DNA from: Octopus sinensis
Taxonomy: Eukaryota
NCBI RefSeq assembly: GCF_006345805.1
Contig: NC_043004.1
Location: forward strand, 92,194,001-92,258,000
Reading direction: 5' to 3'
DNA: 64,000 nt
How positions within the stretch are numbered: position 1 is the first letter of the stretch; every line of letters begins with the position of its first letter. Position numbers and translations under genes: made by a program. This document shows positions 1 to 12,754 of the stretch, piece after piece. The notes beneath the pieces are model-generated. The model saw only the letters and a program-made list of their open reading frames with translations. It had not been told where the DNA came from and ran no database searches.

Positions 1-1005
1 ATTTAATCATCAATGTACTTTTTTCCCAACCAAGCTCTTCGATCTTCTGTGATGTGATCGTTGTAATGTGGGTGCGCGCATTGTCCTGCTGAAACATCAC
101 TCCTTCCCGATTCAATGAATCGGGTCTTTTTTTCTTCAAAGCTTGGTTCAAACGCTCTAATTGCTGACAGTAGACTTGAGTATTGATTGTTGCATTCGGT
201 GGTAACAATTCAAAGTGAATTACTCCTTTGCAATCCCACCAGATAGAGAGAAGAACCTTTTTCCCATAAAGTTCCCTTCTCGGTTGTGGTTGAGCCTTTT
301 CCTTTTTACCAAGCCACTCTTTACGACGTTTAAAATTTCGATAGAAGATCCATTTTTCGTCACCAGTCACAAGTCTATCCAAAAAAGGTGAAATGAGTTC
401 ACGAGAATGGAAAGAAGAGCAGATGTCAACTCGGGATTTGCGGTTGCTTTCGGACAATTCACGAGGCACTCATTTTCCAAGTTTAGGAATCTTTCCAAGT
501 TGTTGAAGATGATGATGAACAGTTGTATGATTTGAACTAAGCTTCAATGCTAATTCTTCAACTGATAATGCAGGATTTTCTTCAAGTAATGCCTCAAGGA
601 GCTTATCATCAAACTCAACAGGACGTCCTGTTCGATCTTCATCTTCAAGGTTGAAACCTCCACTTCTGAATTTTGCAAACTGTCTTCTGCAATTTCTTTA
701 ATTCAAGCTTTCTTTCTCATAAACTGAGTGTATGTTTCGAGTCGCTTCGGCTGCAGAGTTTCCTTTTTTGTACTCATAAAACATTATGTGTTTCAAATGC
801 TCTTTGGATACTTCCATGTTAGAAAGGATTTTAATCAAAGAATTTTTAATACTGTTATTCTGTAAGATAATATTTAATTACTTTAAATGTACACAACTGC
901 ATAAAAGTAATTTTAAATTCCATTAGACTTTCTAAAATATTATTAAATTTCATTGAATTTTAAAAAAGGTAAAATCGGACAGAATTTATGGGATGAACTA
1001 ATGTA
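1..1005 (-). mobile_element. Decayed mariner (Tc1/mariner) DNA transposon with internal deletion
   Basis: Minus strand from ATG at 817 reads MEVSKEHLKHIMFYEYKKGNSAAEATRNI..., then FAKFRSGGFNLEDEDRTGRP, FLDRLVTGDEKWIFY and QDNA-THITT..SQKIEELGWE, with frameshifts. A TIR-like end (CATTAGTTCATCCCATAAA) lies next to TA at 1004-1005. Confidence 0.9.
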
Positions 1006-1493
1006 ACAATTACGGTAAAAATATCAACAATGACAACAGCAGAAGAAACAAGAAAGTAAACATCAACAATAACAATATTAGCAGGGTTCCAGCAAAAGTT
1101 ATTAAGACAACAACACTAAAAAATCCAACAAAAACAGGCAGTATAGGTGCAGCAGAACCACGAAGAACAGCTGCAGCCATGACGATAAATAACAACTGCA
1201 ACAACAAAGTCAACAACCACGATGACTAGAACAGCAGTATTAACAAAAACTGCAACAAATCCATTAAACTGACACTAAATTTTAATTAACTCGAGACAAT
1301 GGGCATTATAGCAACAGCGCCAGCAACGACACATCGAGAGTAATAATGAGGGGCGATAATTGAGGAGATATGAACAGTAAAAATTACACAAACGGGGAGT
1401 GTCTTCACAGAATAAATTTTGAAATAAATAGATATGAAGAAAAAAAAAACAGTATATAAATGTACGACAACGACGACAATAACAGCAACAACA

Positions 1494-1496
<3 letters not shown>

Positions 1497-1528
<32 letters not shown>

Positions 1529-1541
1529 AACAACAACAACA

Positions 1542-1591
<50 letters not shown>

Positions 1592-1818
1592 GATAATAAA
1601 ATGGAAACCATAAATAACCTTGAAGATTGGAAACAAGACTACGGTTATTTAGTGATAAATCACAAGGAGGGGTGTGGCTTATCAGAATTGGTTGAGCAAC
1701 AAGCAAAAGGTTTTGCGCTATTTAGTTATATATTTTTCTGTTCTCTTTACAAATTCTTCCGAGGTCTAGATCGCCGTTCAGTCTTTCAAGGGAGAAAAAC
1801 TGAAAGAAGCCCGTCGTA

Positions 1819-1873
<55 letters not shown>

Positions 1874-1930
1874 TGTGTGTGAGTGTGTGTATGTGTCAGT
1901 GTGTGTGTTTGTGTTGGTGTGCGTGTGTCC
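1497..1930. repeat. (GAT)n/(AAT)n and (TG)n microsatellites
   Basis: Direct inspection. Confidence 0.95.
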
Positions 1931-2110
1931 ACTAACGTTTGACAACCGGTACTGGTTTCTGTCTCCGTAACTTAGCGATTCGGTAAAAAGACAACGATAG
2001 AATAAGTACCAAGCTTATACAATTAGGCACTGGGGTCGATTTTTCGACTAAACTTTTCAAGGAGGTCCCCCAGTATGGCCGCAGTCTAACGACTGAAACA
2101 AATAAACGGT
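1930..2110 (+). mobile_element. 3' half of SINE family B (CORE-like, OR-type)
   Basis: Matches the tail of the full copy at 33595-33999 (gatagaataagtac...ggggtcgattt...cagtatggccgcagtctaacgactgaaac). Confidence 0.8.
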
Positions 2111-2579
2111 AAAGGATAAATACATTCATCTAATAGCTTCTGCCGTTTGTTCAAATTTCAAAAACGCAATCAATCTTTAACATAAAGTAACTGAGCCACC
2201 GTGTATTGAGTACTTTTCTCTCATTCGTCACAGCAATCAACGTATACACCCATACACACACAGACGAAGACGCGTAAACGCACAAAGACACATAAACGTA
2301 TTCGTATGAATACATACGTTTTTCTGTGTGTGTGTGTGTTGTGTGTGTGTGTGTGTATCTATGACGTTATATATATATTTTAGTTCTTAAAATTTTTCAC
2401 GTAATGAAGTCTGTTTCTTACAGAAAAAAGAACACATTAGTCCCATAACTTGATACTTACAGACAACAAATGCAAAAAATTACAAATATATATATATATA
2501 TTTTAATTCGCATATCTTTATTGCTCTGTTTACAAACTGAACTGCATGTTAGATAGTCTATAAACATCTACTTTGCGAT

Positions 2580-2850
2580 ATTGTTACGAAACCATTTATC
2601 AATATTATCAAGTGTATCAATTGTTATAGGTACACATGTAAATTTTTCATGTGTAGAAAAGTTCAGAGCAGTGGTGTGTGAATATTCTCTTGCTCACTGA
2701 TATTGAAAGAAATGTTTATATCAGCAGAGCAGCTGATTTCAATTACTGTCCATAATTCTTTTCTGTCACAAATAATTATATAAAGGCTTGTCATATTTGC
2801 ACTTGACGGAGGATTTGGTAGGAATATTCACCAATATTCTTCGTGTTGGA
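2580..2850 (-). mobile_element. Degenerate RLE-type (restriction-like endonuclease) non-LTR retrotransposon fragment
   Basis: Minus translation with a frameshift: NIPTKSSVKCKYDKP/IIICDRKELWTVIEISCSADINISFNISEQENIHTPLL, which fits the R(K)PD...E..C..D RLE motif. Confidence 0.7.
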
Positions 2851-3224
2851 ATTTATGAGATTACACTGAAAGCTATATATAATTTTGTTTTCATATTCGT
2901 GTCAGTGTATTATTTCGCACATATGGCATTATATATGATTTGAGTAGAAACACTATGCAGCATAAACTGTAGGACCATGACATATATTATCTTCCATATA
3001 TATGCAACTTAATCATCTACATTTACAATTGCACATTGTGTGTTTGTGTATTTTTCTGGTTCTTTTTGTTAAGCATGTATTTAGTAACTACCTCTTGTTC
3101 GTAGATTGCAAAAGGTTAACTTTCGAAATGTGATGATGTATGGGCAAAAAGCCTAATAGAAACTACACTTCTTTTCGTTATTTCATTTGAAATTGTGAAA
3201 AACATATCTGCGCTTAACCCTTTG

Positions 3225-3335
3225 TTGGTGTACAAAATTCATCATCAACAGGCCTTTATTGATGTGGGTTCATCAGAACTGAGTACTAAAACTGCCGACC
3301 TGAAAGTTGTTTCCTTGACTTTTGAACATTTGGTT
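3225..3335 (-). mobile_element. Probable Penelope-like terminal remnant with degenerate hammerhead-like motif
   Basis: Minus strand: CTGATGA-accc-catcaata...tgttgatg-atGAAttttGTA, abutting (TA)n. Confidence 0.35.
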
Positions 3336-3430
<95 letters not shown>

Positions 3431-3510
3431 TTCTTGCTGTCTGAGCCATACAATAAAACAAAGACTTTATATATTCCTGTTAAGTCTCTTCCACATCCTT
3501 TCTGCTGCAG

Positions 3511-4112
3511 GTAGCAATATTTCTGCGGAAATATCTATCTGATGTCAGGAAAATGTAAGTTTTGATGTCGGTGGAATGGAGTTTTCGTCACGTGTCTCAG
3601 ATGTTAGTATTAATTCTAATACTTCAAATACAGGAAAGATTTGACTTAAATTTTTGTGTTTTTAAGTCTGGTTTACTAGACAGTGCTGTTTTAACAAATT
3701 GTATCAATAGTTTATATAATTGAAGTACCCATTCTGGAGATCACAGACGTTAAGACTTTACCCGTGTTTATCTATTAAAGGCGGATATTTCATTTGACTA
3801 AATTCTATTGTTATATCAGATTAAATTATGCAATATTTCCAATTGTTTTCCAAAGTTATAGATATTTCCAGTAAGGATTTTTAGATTACCGACGGACAAA
3901 TTACGGGTTACATTAGCGTTTCATGCTACTGTAGATCCTGGAATGTAACCATTAGAATGGTTACATTACATGAACTGAAGCACAGATTAAATATCTCACC
4001 GGGATATTCTTTTCTTGAAATTTAAAGCGTCAGAAACAAACACTGTGAATTATTTTACAGGAATGTGAATGACTCACCTGGTAGTTGTAGGCCTTTCTAT
4101 GGGTTCAACTAA
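3511..4112 (+). CDS. Weak candidate spliced coding exons (3511-3554, 3885-3944, 4061-4112)
   Basis: AG/GT boundaries join in frame to VAIFLRKYLSDVRKILPTDKLRVTLAFHATVDPGMNVNDSPGSCRPFYGFN*. Donors are weak (AAT|gt) and I recognise no homologue. Confidence 0.15.
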
Positions 4113-4545
4113 GGGTATAGATATTTTTGTCAAATACAGTAATACCAGCTGCCATGAATAAAGAATATAGTCGATCAATTGTCTGTAATGAACCATACTC
4201 TCACAAGGCTATTGTGGGGTTTTTTCTTTTTTACTTCAGCAGCAATGCTCTATTAATTAAAAGATGTTCGGTACACCCTAAAAACTTTGTTCTTCCCACT
4301 TATCTGCTAATCAGTCACGACCTTGCTTGACTTGAAATGATGTTAGAGGAATTATTTGAGACAGCTCATATAAAGCTTTGGTAGATCTATAATGTTCTGC
4401 AAATCAGCGTTTATATTAATGGTTAAAACATCTGTTCGTGTTATAATGAGAGAATTCTGAATGTAAGTTTGGCCTTTTATTGTTCTGTTAAATATACATA
4501 TGAGTGGTGTTCAGAAGAAGGTTAAATATTGCTCCAATATCAAAC

Positions 4546-4802
4546 TATGTATGTATGTATGTATGTATGTATGTATGTATGTATGTATGTATGTATGTTC
4601 GTATGTATGTATGTATGTATGTATTATGTATGTATGTATGTATGTATGTATGTATGTATGTATGTATGTATGTATGTATGTATGTATGTATGTATGTATG
4701 TATGTATGTATGTATGTATGTATGTATTTATGTATGTAGATTTGTATGTATGTATGTATGTATGTATGTAGATTTGTATGTATGTATGTATGTATGTATG
4801 TA

Positions 4803-4838
<36 letters not shown>

Positions 4839-5153
4839 TGTATGTGCGTGCGTCTTTATTCAGTTTTATTAAATATTTCTTGCCAATAGAGAAAGAGCCA
4901 GTTTCTAACTTAGATCGAAGACGACTTCATTGAAACAGGGTATTTTTGTACGTATGTATATGTGCAGTATATGGAGTCAGTGTATGTGCAGATTTGTATG
5001 GCTTTTTTGTATATATTCTCATGCATATAGTTGTATGTCTACACATATATATCTAAATGATAGACTTCTGGAACGTTTTACAGAATTTTACAGTTCTAGT
5101 GATGATTTGGATCTGTAGTCTTTGAATCAGCTTTCTCCTTACTGGTTTGTATG

Positions 5154-5187
<34 letters not shown>

Positions 5188-5731
5188 TGTATGTATGTAT
5201 GTATGTATGTATGTATGCATGCATGCATGTATGTATGTATGTATGTATGTATGTATGTATGTATGCATGCATGTATGTATGTTTGTATGTGTATATGTAT
5301 GTATGTATGTATGTTTGTATGTGTATATGTATGTATGTATTGGTGTGTGTGTGTGTTTAAGATTTATTTAAGTTCTTACAATTCGAGCCAGTCATGATAA
5401 GGTGACAAAAAAGGTCAAGATAGTTCCAGGAATTGTTAGATATATGAATGAGTTATTGTATGAATGTATGTCGGTATATATGAAGATATATATTCATTCA
5501 TTCGTATAATGGCCTTTCCTTTTTTCTATAGTATACGTGTGTGTAATGTGCAGTGTGTTATGTATGTGTGTGTGTGTTTGTGTGTGTGTGTATGCCATAT
5601 ACATACATTGTGAGTGTATATATATTTATGTTCATTCAGGAAACTCAAACTTAGAATATTTGGAATGCTTTTCAACAGATCTTATGTTGTCGAATGTATG
5701 TATGTATGTATGTATGTATATATAAATAGAC

Positions 5732-5777
<46 letters not shown>

Positions 5778-5786
5778 TATATATAT

Positions 5787-5821
<35 letters not shown>

Positions 5822-5880
5822 TAGATAGATAGATAGATAGATATAGATAGATAGATAGATAGATAGGCAGACAGATAGAC
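4546..5880. repeat. Cluster of (TATG)n, (TA)n and (GATA)n microsatellites
   Basis: Direct inspection; the source of the MYVC/HTYI ORFs. Confidence 0.95.
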
Positions 5881-6063
5881 ATGTGTGGGTATCTACCTTT
5901 TCTATTCCTGATCGTTCTTTTAGAAATTATTTTGAGTAGGCATTTACTTTAAAAGATATATAAAATTCTAGGTGCTCTATTCGTCATCCTTAGTGCAAGC
6001 ATTCATCCTTTAAATTGGAAGAAGATCCTGAAGATTTATATAGTCCCAGATGTTATCATCGTC

Positions 6064-6400
6064 CTATTTGCTAACAACTATGGTTCTCTCTTTTTGCTCC
6101 CTGTAACCAGCTTCTGACATACTTGGATCTAGGTGTGAGGCTACATGTCCCGTCACTCCACAAATAACAATAAAACTGAGAGTGTAAAATGGTAAGTGGC
6201 ATTGTAGGCTCTTTAACGATAGTCCGTAGTTGTTTTCGTTTTCCTGAATTTTTCGTACCACATTGACGTCATGTGAACAGCTGACTTCCATAACGATGAG
6301 CGTTTTTGTATTGTAGTCGGAAAAAGCAATTTCATATCGGTTGTGTTTTAATTAGATTGTGGATTTTATTCGTAGGATTCACCAATATATTTTTCCATTC
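6064..6400 (-). mobile_element. Degenerate RLE-type LINE C-terminal fragment
   Basis: Minus ORF IVMEVSCSHDVNVVRKIQENENNYGLSLKSLQCHLPFYTLSFIVICGVTGHV resembles the RLE tail pattern EISC.AD.N..K..EK...YG.L..LQ....Y.F....I.G..G. Confidence 0.7.
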
Positions 6401-6954
6401 ATCAGTCTCGATGTGTTTTCGTTTATTTCTTAGCTTTTCTTTCATACTTTGTCTAGATAGCTTTGTATTTGTCAATCTGTATGTATGTATGTATGTATGT
6501 ATGTATGTATGTATGTATGTATGTATGTATGTATGTATGTACGTACATTAGTATGAATGCTTGCATATATTCTCTATTACTTTAGATTTAGAGTAAATTT
6601 TGACCGGTCTCCTACTCGGTAGCAAAGGTCTGAAGGAAAGTATCTTGTCTTAACCACCGTCTTTTAAATGTGAAGAATGTCTTGCAGAGTTTTGCATACA
6701 TTTGTAGAATATGAATTGAGGATTCGCATTCTCTCACCAAGATCCCAAGTTCAGCCATGCTTTACTCCAGACGGGTTGGTATGTAACCTGTTGCTCAATA
6801 ACAATGAGTACAAAGCTGAAGGGGTATCGGTGTACCTTGGGTACTAGATTTGCAAACTTTTTATTCTATTTTATTCTATTCTGCCAGTTCCTTATCTTCA
6901 GTTAGTTTGTAATATTGGTTTTAAATTTTGGAACAAAACCTGTAAACTTAAGGA

Positions 6955-7133
6955 ATGGAGTCAAGTTAATTACATCAACCCCAGTGTCCAACTGGTACTT
7001 GTTTTATTGACCCGAAGGGATGAAAGGCTCAAAGTTGACCTCGGTGGAATTTGAACTCAGAACGTCCAGAGGGACGAAATGCCGCTAAGCGTTTTGCACG
7101 GCGTAGTAACGATTCTGCCAGCTCACCGTCTTA
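6955..7133 (-). mobile_element. SINE family A (tRNA-derived, gagctggcagaatcgttagc head)
   Basis: Reverse complement of the family consensus seen intact at 36635-36867. Confidence 0.85.
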
Positions 7134-7703
7134 GGTCGGGTTTTACTTTCCTGGAATACTGATAACATCAACGTAAATGCTGTATGTTGAACATTAGAAA
7201 AGTTTTACATGGTTTTTACTGCTACACTTACAGATTGTATCTGTAAAGTGCCTGTTACCCGGTTTCGTTTGTTTTATTATGCCCAAAAATCTTAGATTTT
7301 CCCGATTGTAGCTTACGCATTTATTATAACATGACCATAGGTATCACTAATTATTGATATAAATGTCAGCTTGTAATCAATGTAGTGGAACTGCAAGTTC
7401 CGAAACAGTTACCTGTGAATGTTCTACTTGCTGATGGGCGTATTTACTTAAGTGTCTATGAATGTATGAGTGTTTATGTGGGTGAGTGTGTGTTTGAGTT
7501 CGTGTGTGCTTGTATGTCTGAATGTACTGCAATTGTTCTATTTATCTCTTTACCAATACAAAATGCAAATGTAAGTCCTCAATAAAACGTAAGTACTCAG
7601 CTATTTACTTTATTTACTTGGCTCTCTAGATCTACTTAATTATTTAACGCGCCCTAATGTAATGGCTGACTGACGCACATAGATCGCTCGTATAAACCTG
7701 TGC

Positions 7704-8330
<627 letters not shown>

Positions 8331-8495
8331 TAGTTATCGCCATACTAATATGGCATTCTTATAAAAATAAGAATAAAGCTGTCCGCTTATTAGCTCCATG
8401 AGGCCATCGCCTTAAGTTAGCTATTTGATACACAAACTGTATCCATATAACCTTCGAACAAAGGAGGTCAGTCGCTCCACACTACTTGACCGGCA

Positions 8496-8537
8496 GCTAC
8501 AGACGCGTTTCGGGGTATTGCCCCTTTTCAATGCAGC
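8496..8537 (-). ncRNA. Minimal type I hammerhead ribozyme, variant core UUGAAAA
   Basis: GCUGCA-UUGAAAA-GGGG(CAAUA)CCCC-GAAA-CGCG-UC-UGUAGC: 6-bp stem I, 4-bp stem II, palindromic helix III ACGCGU. Confidence 0.65.
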
Positions 8538-8833
8538 GTAGCCAGACCAGTAGGTATCGCTTCTGACAATCTCTGTTCGAAGGTTTTATTTACCTAGTTT
8601 CGGTGGAATACATCCACTTGTTTTCAATAATAGAAATATTAAAATTACTAAGTCTCTCTAAAAGAGAACAACGGCAGCGTTCCCGGAAAATAATAGTTAT
8701 CGCCATACTAATATGGCATTCTTATAAAAATAAGAATAAAGCTGTCCGCTTATTAGCTCCATGAGGCCATCGCCTTAAGTTAGCTATTTGATACACAAAC
8801 TGTATCAGAAGCGACACCTACTGGTCTGGCTAC

Positions 8834-8875
8834 GCTGCATTGAAAAGGTGCAATACCCCGAAACGCGTCTGTAGC
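8834..8875 (+). ncRNA. Second (inverted) copy of the UUGAAAA hammerhead, one stem II mismatch
   Basis: GCTGCA-TTGAAAA-GGTG(CAATA)CCCC-GAAA-CGCG-TC-TGTAGC. Confidence 0.55.
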
Positions 8876-9099
8876 TGCCGGTCAAGTAGTGTGGAGCGAC
8901 TGACCTCCCTTGTTCGAAGGTTATATGGATACAGTTTGTGTATCAAATAGCTAACTTAAGGCGATGGCCTCATGGAGCTAATAAGTGGACAGCTTTATTC
9001 TTATTTTTATAAGAATGCCATATTAGTATGGCGATAACTATTATTTTCCGGGAAAATTTTGTTAACCAGCATAATTTGTTTAAACTGCACATGTTGGTA

Positions 9100-9700
9100 G
9101 AGTAGCTCTTCCTGTATACAAAGGAGTTGTTCAGCATGTTCTCACAAGCGATGCTTCTTTTTGCTATCGTTGAACCCAGATCTCAAATCCTCTTTGAAAA
9201 TTATTATACATGAACTTTCTCTGTCATCATATGTTTGTCTCCAAAGACTTTCCCTTACTGGACCGAACAGGTGAGTGTAAGAGGGCTCCAAATCAACGAT
9301 CACTGACCGATCCAATTTGTCGATTGTTCGATTTGTTGCCAAATATATTTGCAGTTGCATACAGTCATAGTGAATGCGGACCGTTGTAAAATTCTTGCTT
9401 GATATCTAAGTCGTCTTGCCTTCTCTAAACTTTTACTGTGTCTCAGTATACCGCTAGATGTTCAGTGTGCAGCCGGTTTCCAGAAAAACAAGGAGAATGG
9501 TACGCTATCATTCCAAAGAACAGTTATCATCCCGATCTGTGCTAATTGCTTTTGAACGCCTTAGGCCTTGGAAAAGAGCTGTGACGTCATTCTATTTACT
9601 GTGCATTCATTCCTGTATTATAAAGATACATCCACGTTAATTCCTTGCTACCAGATCGAAAAAACACGTGTCTTAATCGGCTTCAAATACTGCCTGAAGA
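9100..9700 (-). mobile_element. Highly decayed mariner transposase remnant
   Basis: Minus frames give TWMYLYNTG..Q*IE*RH (cf. DETWVHHYDPETKRQSMEWRH), MITVLWND (cf. VMATVFWD) and DLEPSYTHLFGPVRESL (cf. DLAPSDFHLFGPLKE.L). Confidence 0.75.
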
Positions 9701-9741
9701 GGAGAGAGAGCGCGGACTTCCAGTTGTATCAAATTGGCTAT

Positions 9742-10368
9742 TAGCGTGAGGCTTTTATGTATAGTAATACTCTTAATATAAATATATTTAAAGTGAATAA
9801 TTAATAAATTTTCCCTTATGAGGGTTTTCGCGCTAACTACTTGATAAATTCTTATAAAGATTTTATCCTATTTTTAAATTGTAAATTTAACCGGAATATA
9901 TTCAGTGCTGAATTTTATTCTGAATAAACACGTGTACCGAGATGCATTGCGAAAAACTCGCCTCTTACATAGATATATAAGTGTGAACAATTCTGTGTAC
10001 TTTGCTGGATACATTTGGTATTCGTCTGGCATGCTGATGTTTTTGTTCATTTTTATGTGTCATGATTATGCTTGCACTGACGATTAAAAGTGCATTTTGT
10101 GAACTAATTATGAAATGATATGATCTACAGCTGAATCTGTTTTTAAAAGGCTCGCTTCGAGAGTTGCATTCCCTCGCGTTCGGTACAATATGTTTATTAT
10201 GTTAGTTTTGACTTTAAGAGTCCCTCCTAGTGTGAGGCATTCATGTATAGTAATGCCCTTAATATATATAAATATAGTTAAAGGAAATGATTAATTTTTT
10301 CCCTTATGAGATTTTCCACGCTAACTACTTGATACATTCTTATAAAGATTTTATCCAATTTTTAAATT
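9742..10368. repeat. Diverged ~140-bp direct repeat pair (9742-9880 and 10228-10368)
   Basis: Both read tag(c/t)gtgaggc..tatgtatagtaat...cccttatgag...cgctaactacttgata.attcttataaagattttatcc. Confidence 0.85.
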
Positions 10369-10624
10369 TTATATATATAATTTGCCCCTCGGTGTATAAA
10401 ACACTTCATTTGCACGATTTAACATAAGCACAGTTTGGGTTATGGTCGAACGCGATTATGTATGCATACATACAGGCATAATAACATAAAGACGTACCTG
10501 TATGCACTCCATAACTACAGCCGCATACGCGATTTCATGTACACATACACTCAAGCACGTATATACATTCGAACATCCCGCAGATGTGTGTGGCAGTTAA
10601 TTAAAACTAGTGTCACAGTTTTTA

Positions 10625-11150
10625 AGGATGACGATGATGAGGAGATGGAGGAGGAGGGGAGGAGGAGGGGAGGAGAAGGAGGGGAGGAGAAGGAGGGGAG
10701 GGGAGGAGAAGGAGGAGGAGAAGAAGGAGTAGAAGAAGACGAAGACGAAGAAGAAGAAGAAATAGAAGAAGAAATAGAAGAAGAAGAGAAGAAGAAGGAG
10801 AAGAAGAAGAAGAAGAAGAAGAAGAAGAACAGTGGTGATAATGATAAAAATGCCATGTTTCACATGTATTGAAATATATTTAGGAAAATATTATTCTATT
10901 GCATGGGTAGAATATTCTTTCTTTATCAATTATAATAATAATAATAATAATAATGATAATAATGATAATAATAATAATAATAATTATAATTATAATTATA
11001 ATAATAATAATAATAACAACAACAACAACAATTATAGCCATAATAATAAATGGAAGGAGGGGGATGATGATGCTGATGAGGAGGAATATGATGATGATAA
11101 CAAGAAAAAGAAAAAGAAGAAAGAAACAAACAAAGAAACAGAAAAATCAA
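10625..11150. repeat. (GGA/GAA)n and (AAT)n low-complexity tracts
   Basis: Direct inspection. Confidence 0.95.
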
Positions 11151-11447
11151 AGAAAGAAATCCTTTCCATAATAGGAATAAAAATAACGTCTATTACTTGC
11201 CACATGGGGAGCAGATGAAGGAAACATTACAAGGATATCTTAGAATAATGTTCAACAACGTAGACAATAAGTTTGAAATTACGCGTTCCAGGAAGGGAAG
11301 AATACTAGCTAATATCCAACAAGGAACCTCTTCAGGATATGGTTTTGAGTAAAATGCTCTCTTCCAGATGAGGCCTAGTGATATATGTTGAGAGTAGGCC
11401 TGTTCCTGCGAGCCATTTTCTCAGCTTTCATCTAACTTTCAGAAAAT

Positions 11448-11655
11448 TTATAAGAATAGGGTCTAAAGCAGAGGATTGATAACACGTCTTTAACCAGCAC
11501 AGTTTTCAAACTATCTACAATATATCCACGTTAAGTAAGATATTCAGATTATTTATAAAAATAGGGTCTAAAGCAGAGGATTGATAACACGTTTTTAACC
11601 AGCACAGTTTTCAAACTATATACAATATATCCACGTTAAGTAAGATATTCAGATT
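11448..11655. repeat. 104-bp tandem duplication (2 copies)
   Basis: tttata(ag/aa)aatagggtctaaagcagagg...taagatattcagatt occurs twice. Confidence 0.95.
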
Positions 11656-12114
11656 GTTATTTTTAAATAATACAGTTTCTATCACTAATAACAAATTTTT
11701 ACGGCACCCCTTTTCGACTCTAGTAATCTACCATTCATTATATATTTCTATATCAGTAGACGCTAGATTTGTCCAAGCATGCAATTGATAGTGGATACTT
11801 GCTACTGATAGCACTCGAAAGAGCAGCAATCCGGATTTAGCAATTCTACTGCCGCTGCTAGACACTTTTCATCAACTACTGGTATATGTCTGTGCTTTTC
11901 AGCATTATACAGCTACATGAGATACTTTCTTGAGCCATATACAGCAGTTTTATGGCTTTCTGTTGTATATCTAATTGTAGTAAGGCATACACAATGATAT
12001 ATATACATACCAGTTGAACACTGGGGTCGATGTAATCGACTCATACCCGCCTCCTCTAAGCTGCTTTTGTGGCAAAAATTAGAAATTATTATTATTATAA
12101 TTATACTAATAATA

Positions 12115-12164
<50 letters not shown>

Positions 12165-12706
12165 TATTATTATTGTTATTATTATTATTAGTAGTAGTAG
12201 TAGTAGTAAACGCCTATATGCATATATGTGTGTGCGTGTGTATCCTTGGTAATATGGTGTATATGTTTGTGAAATCCCATTGTGATCCTACCTACAAAAC
12301 ATTTGTTTTACATTCCAACAGCTGCTGATGACAGCTCAACCATTTTCAATGAGCCATACCGCATTCATACAAATTACGCCGTCTAACGACTCATCGGAAC
12401 CGTTCTTCATTTCCATTTCATTATTTCTGTTTCTCAACACAATCTGTCACTTCTGGTCTGCGGTATTCTAACGTTTCGCTATGAAGTAATAAGTTACGAG
12501 ATGCTAACATAGAATGATGGTTAAGAATGTTATTATGCCTTTTCATTTTTACCACTTTTACCTTTTTGTGCCTACGTCGGAGTTCATGATGATATATATA
12601 CACGCACGCACACACTCGCTCGCACGCACAGACAAACATATTATACGTATATGCATATGTATGTGTACGTTTGTGTATGTCTATGTGCGTATATATATAT
12701 ATATAC

Positions 12707-12754
<48 letters not shown>

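Noticed and set aside
9254-9276. Apparent plus-strand micro-exon ending CAG|gtgagt
   Set aside because: It lies inside the antisense mariner remnant (HLFGP motif)
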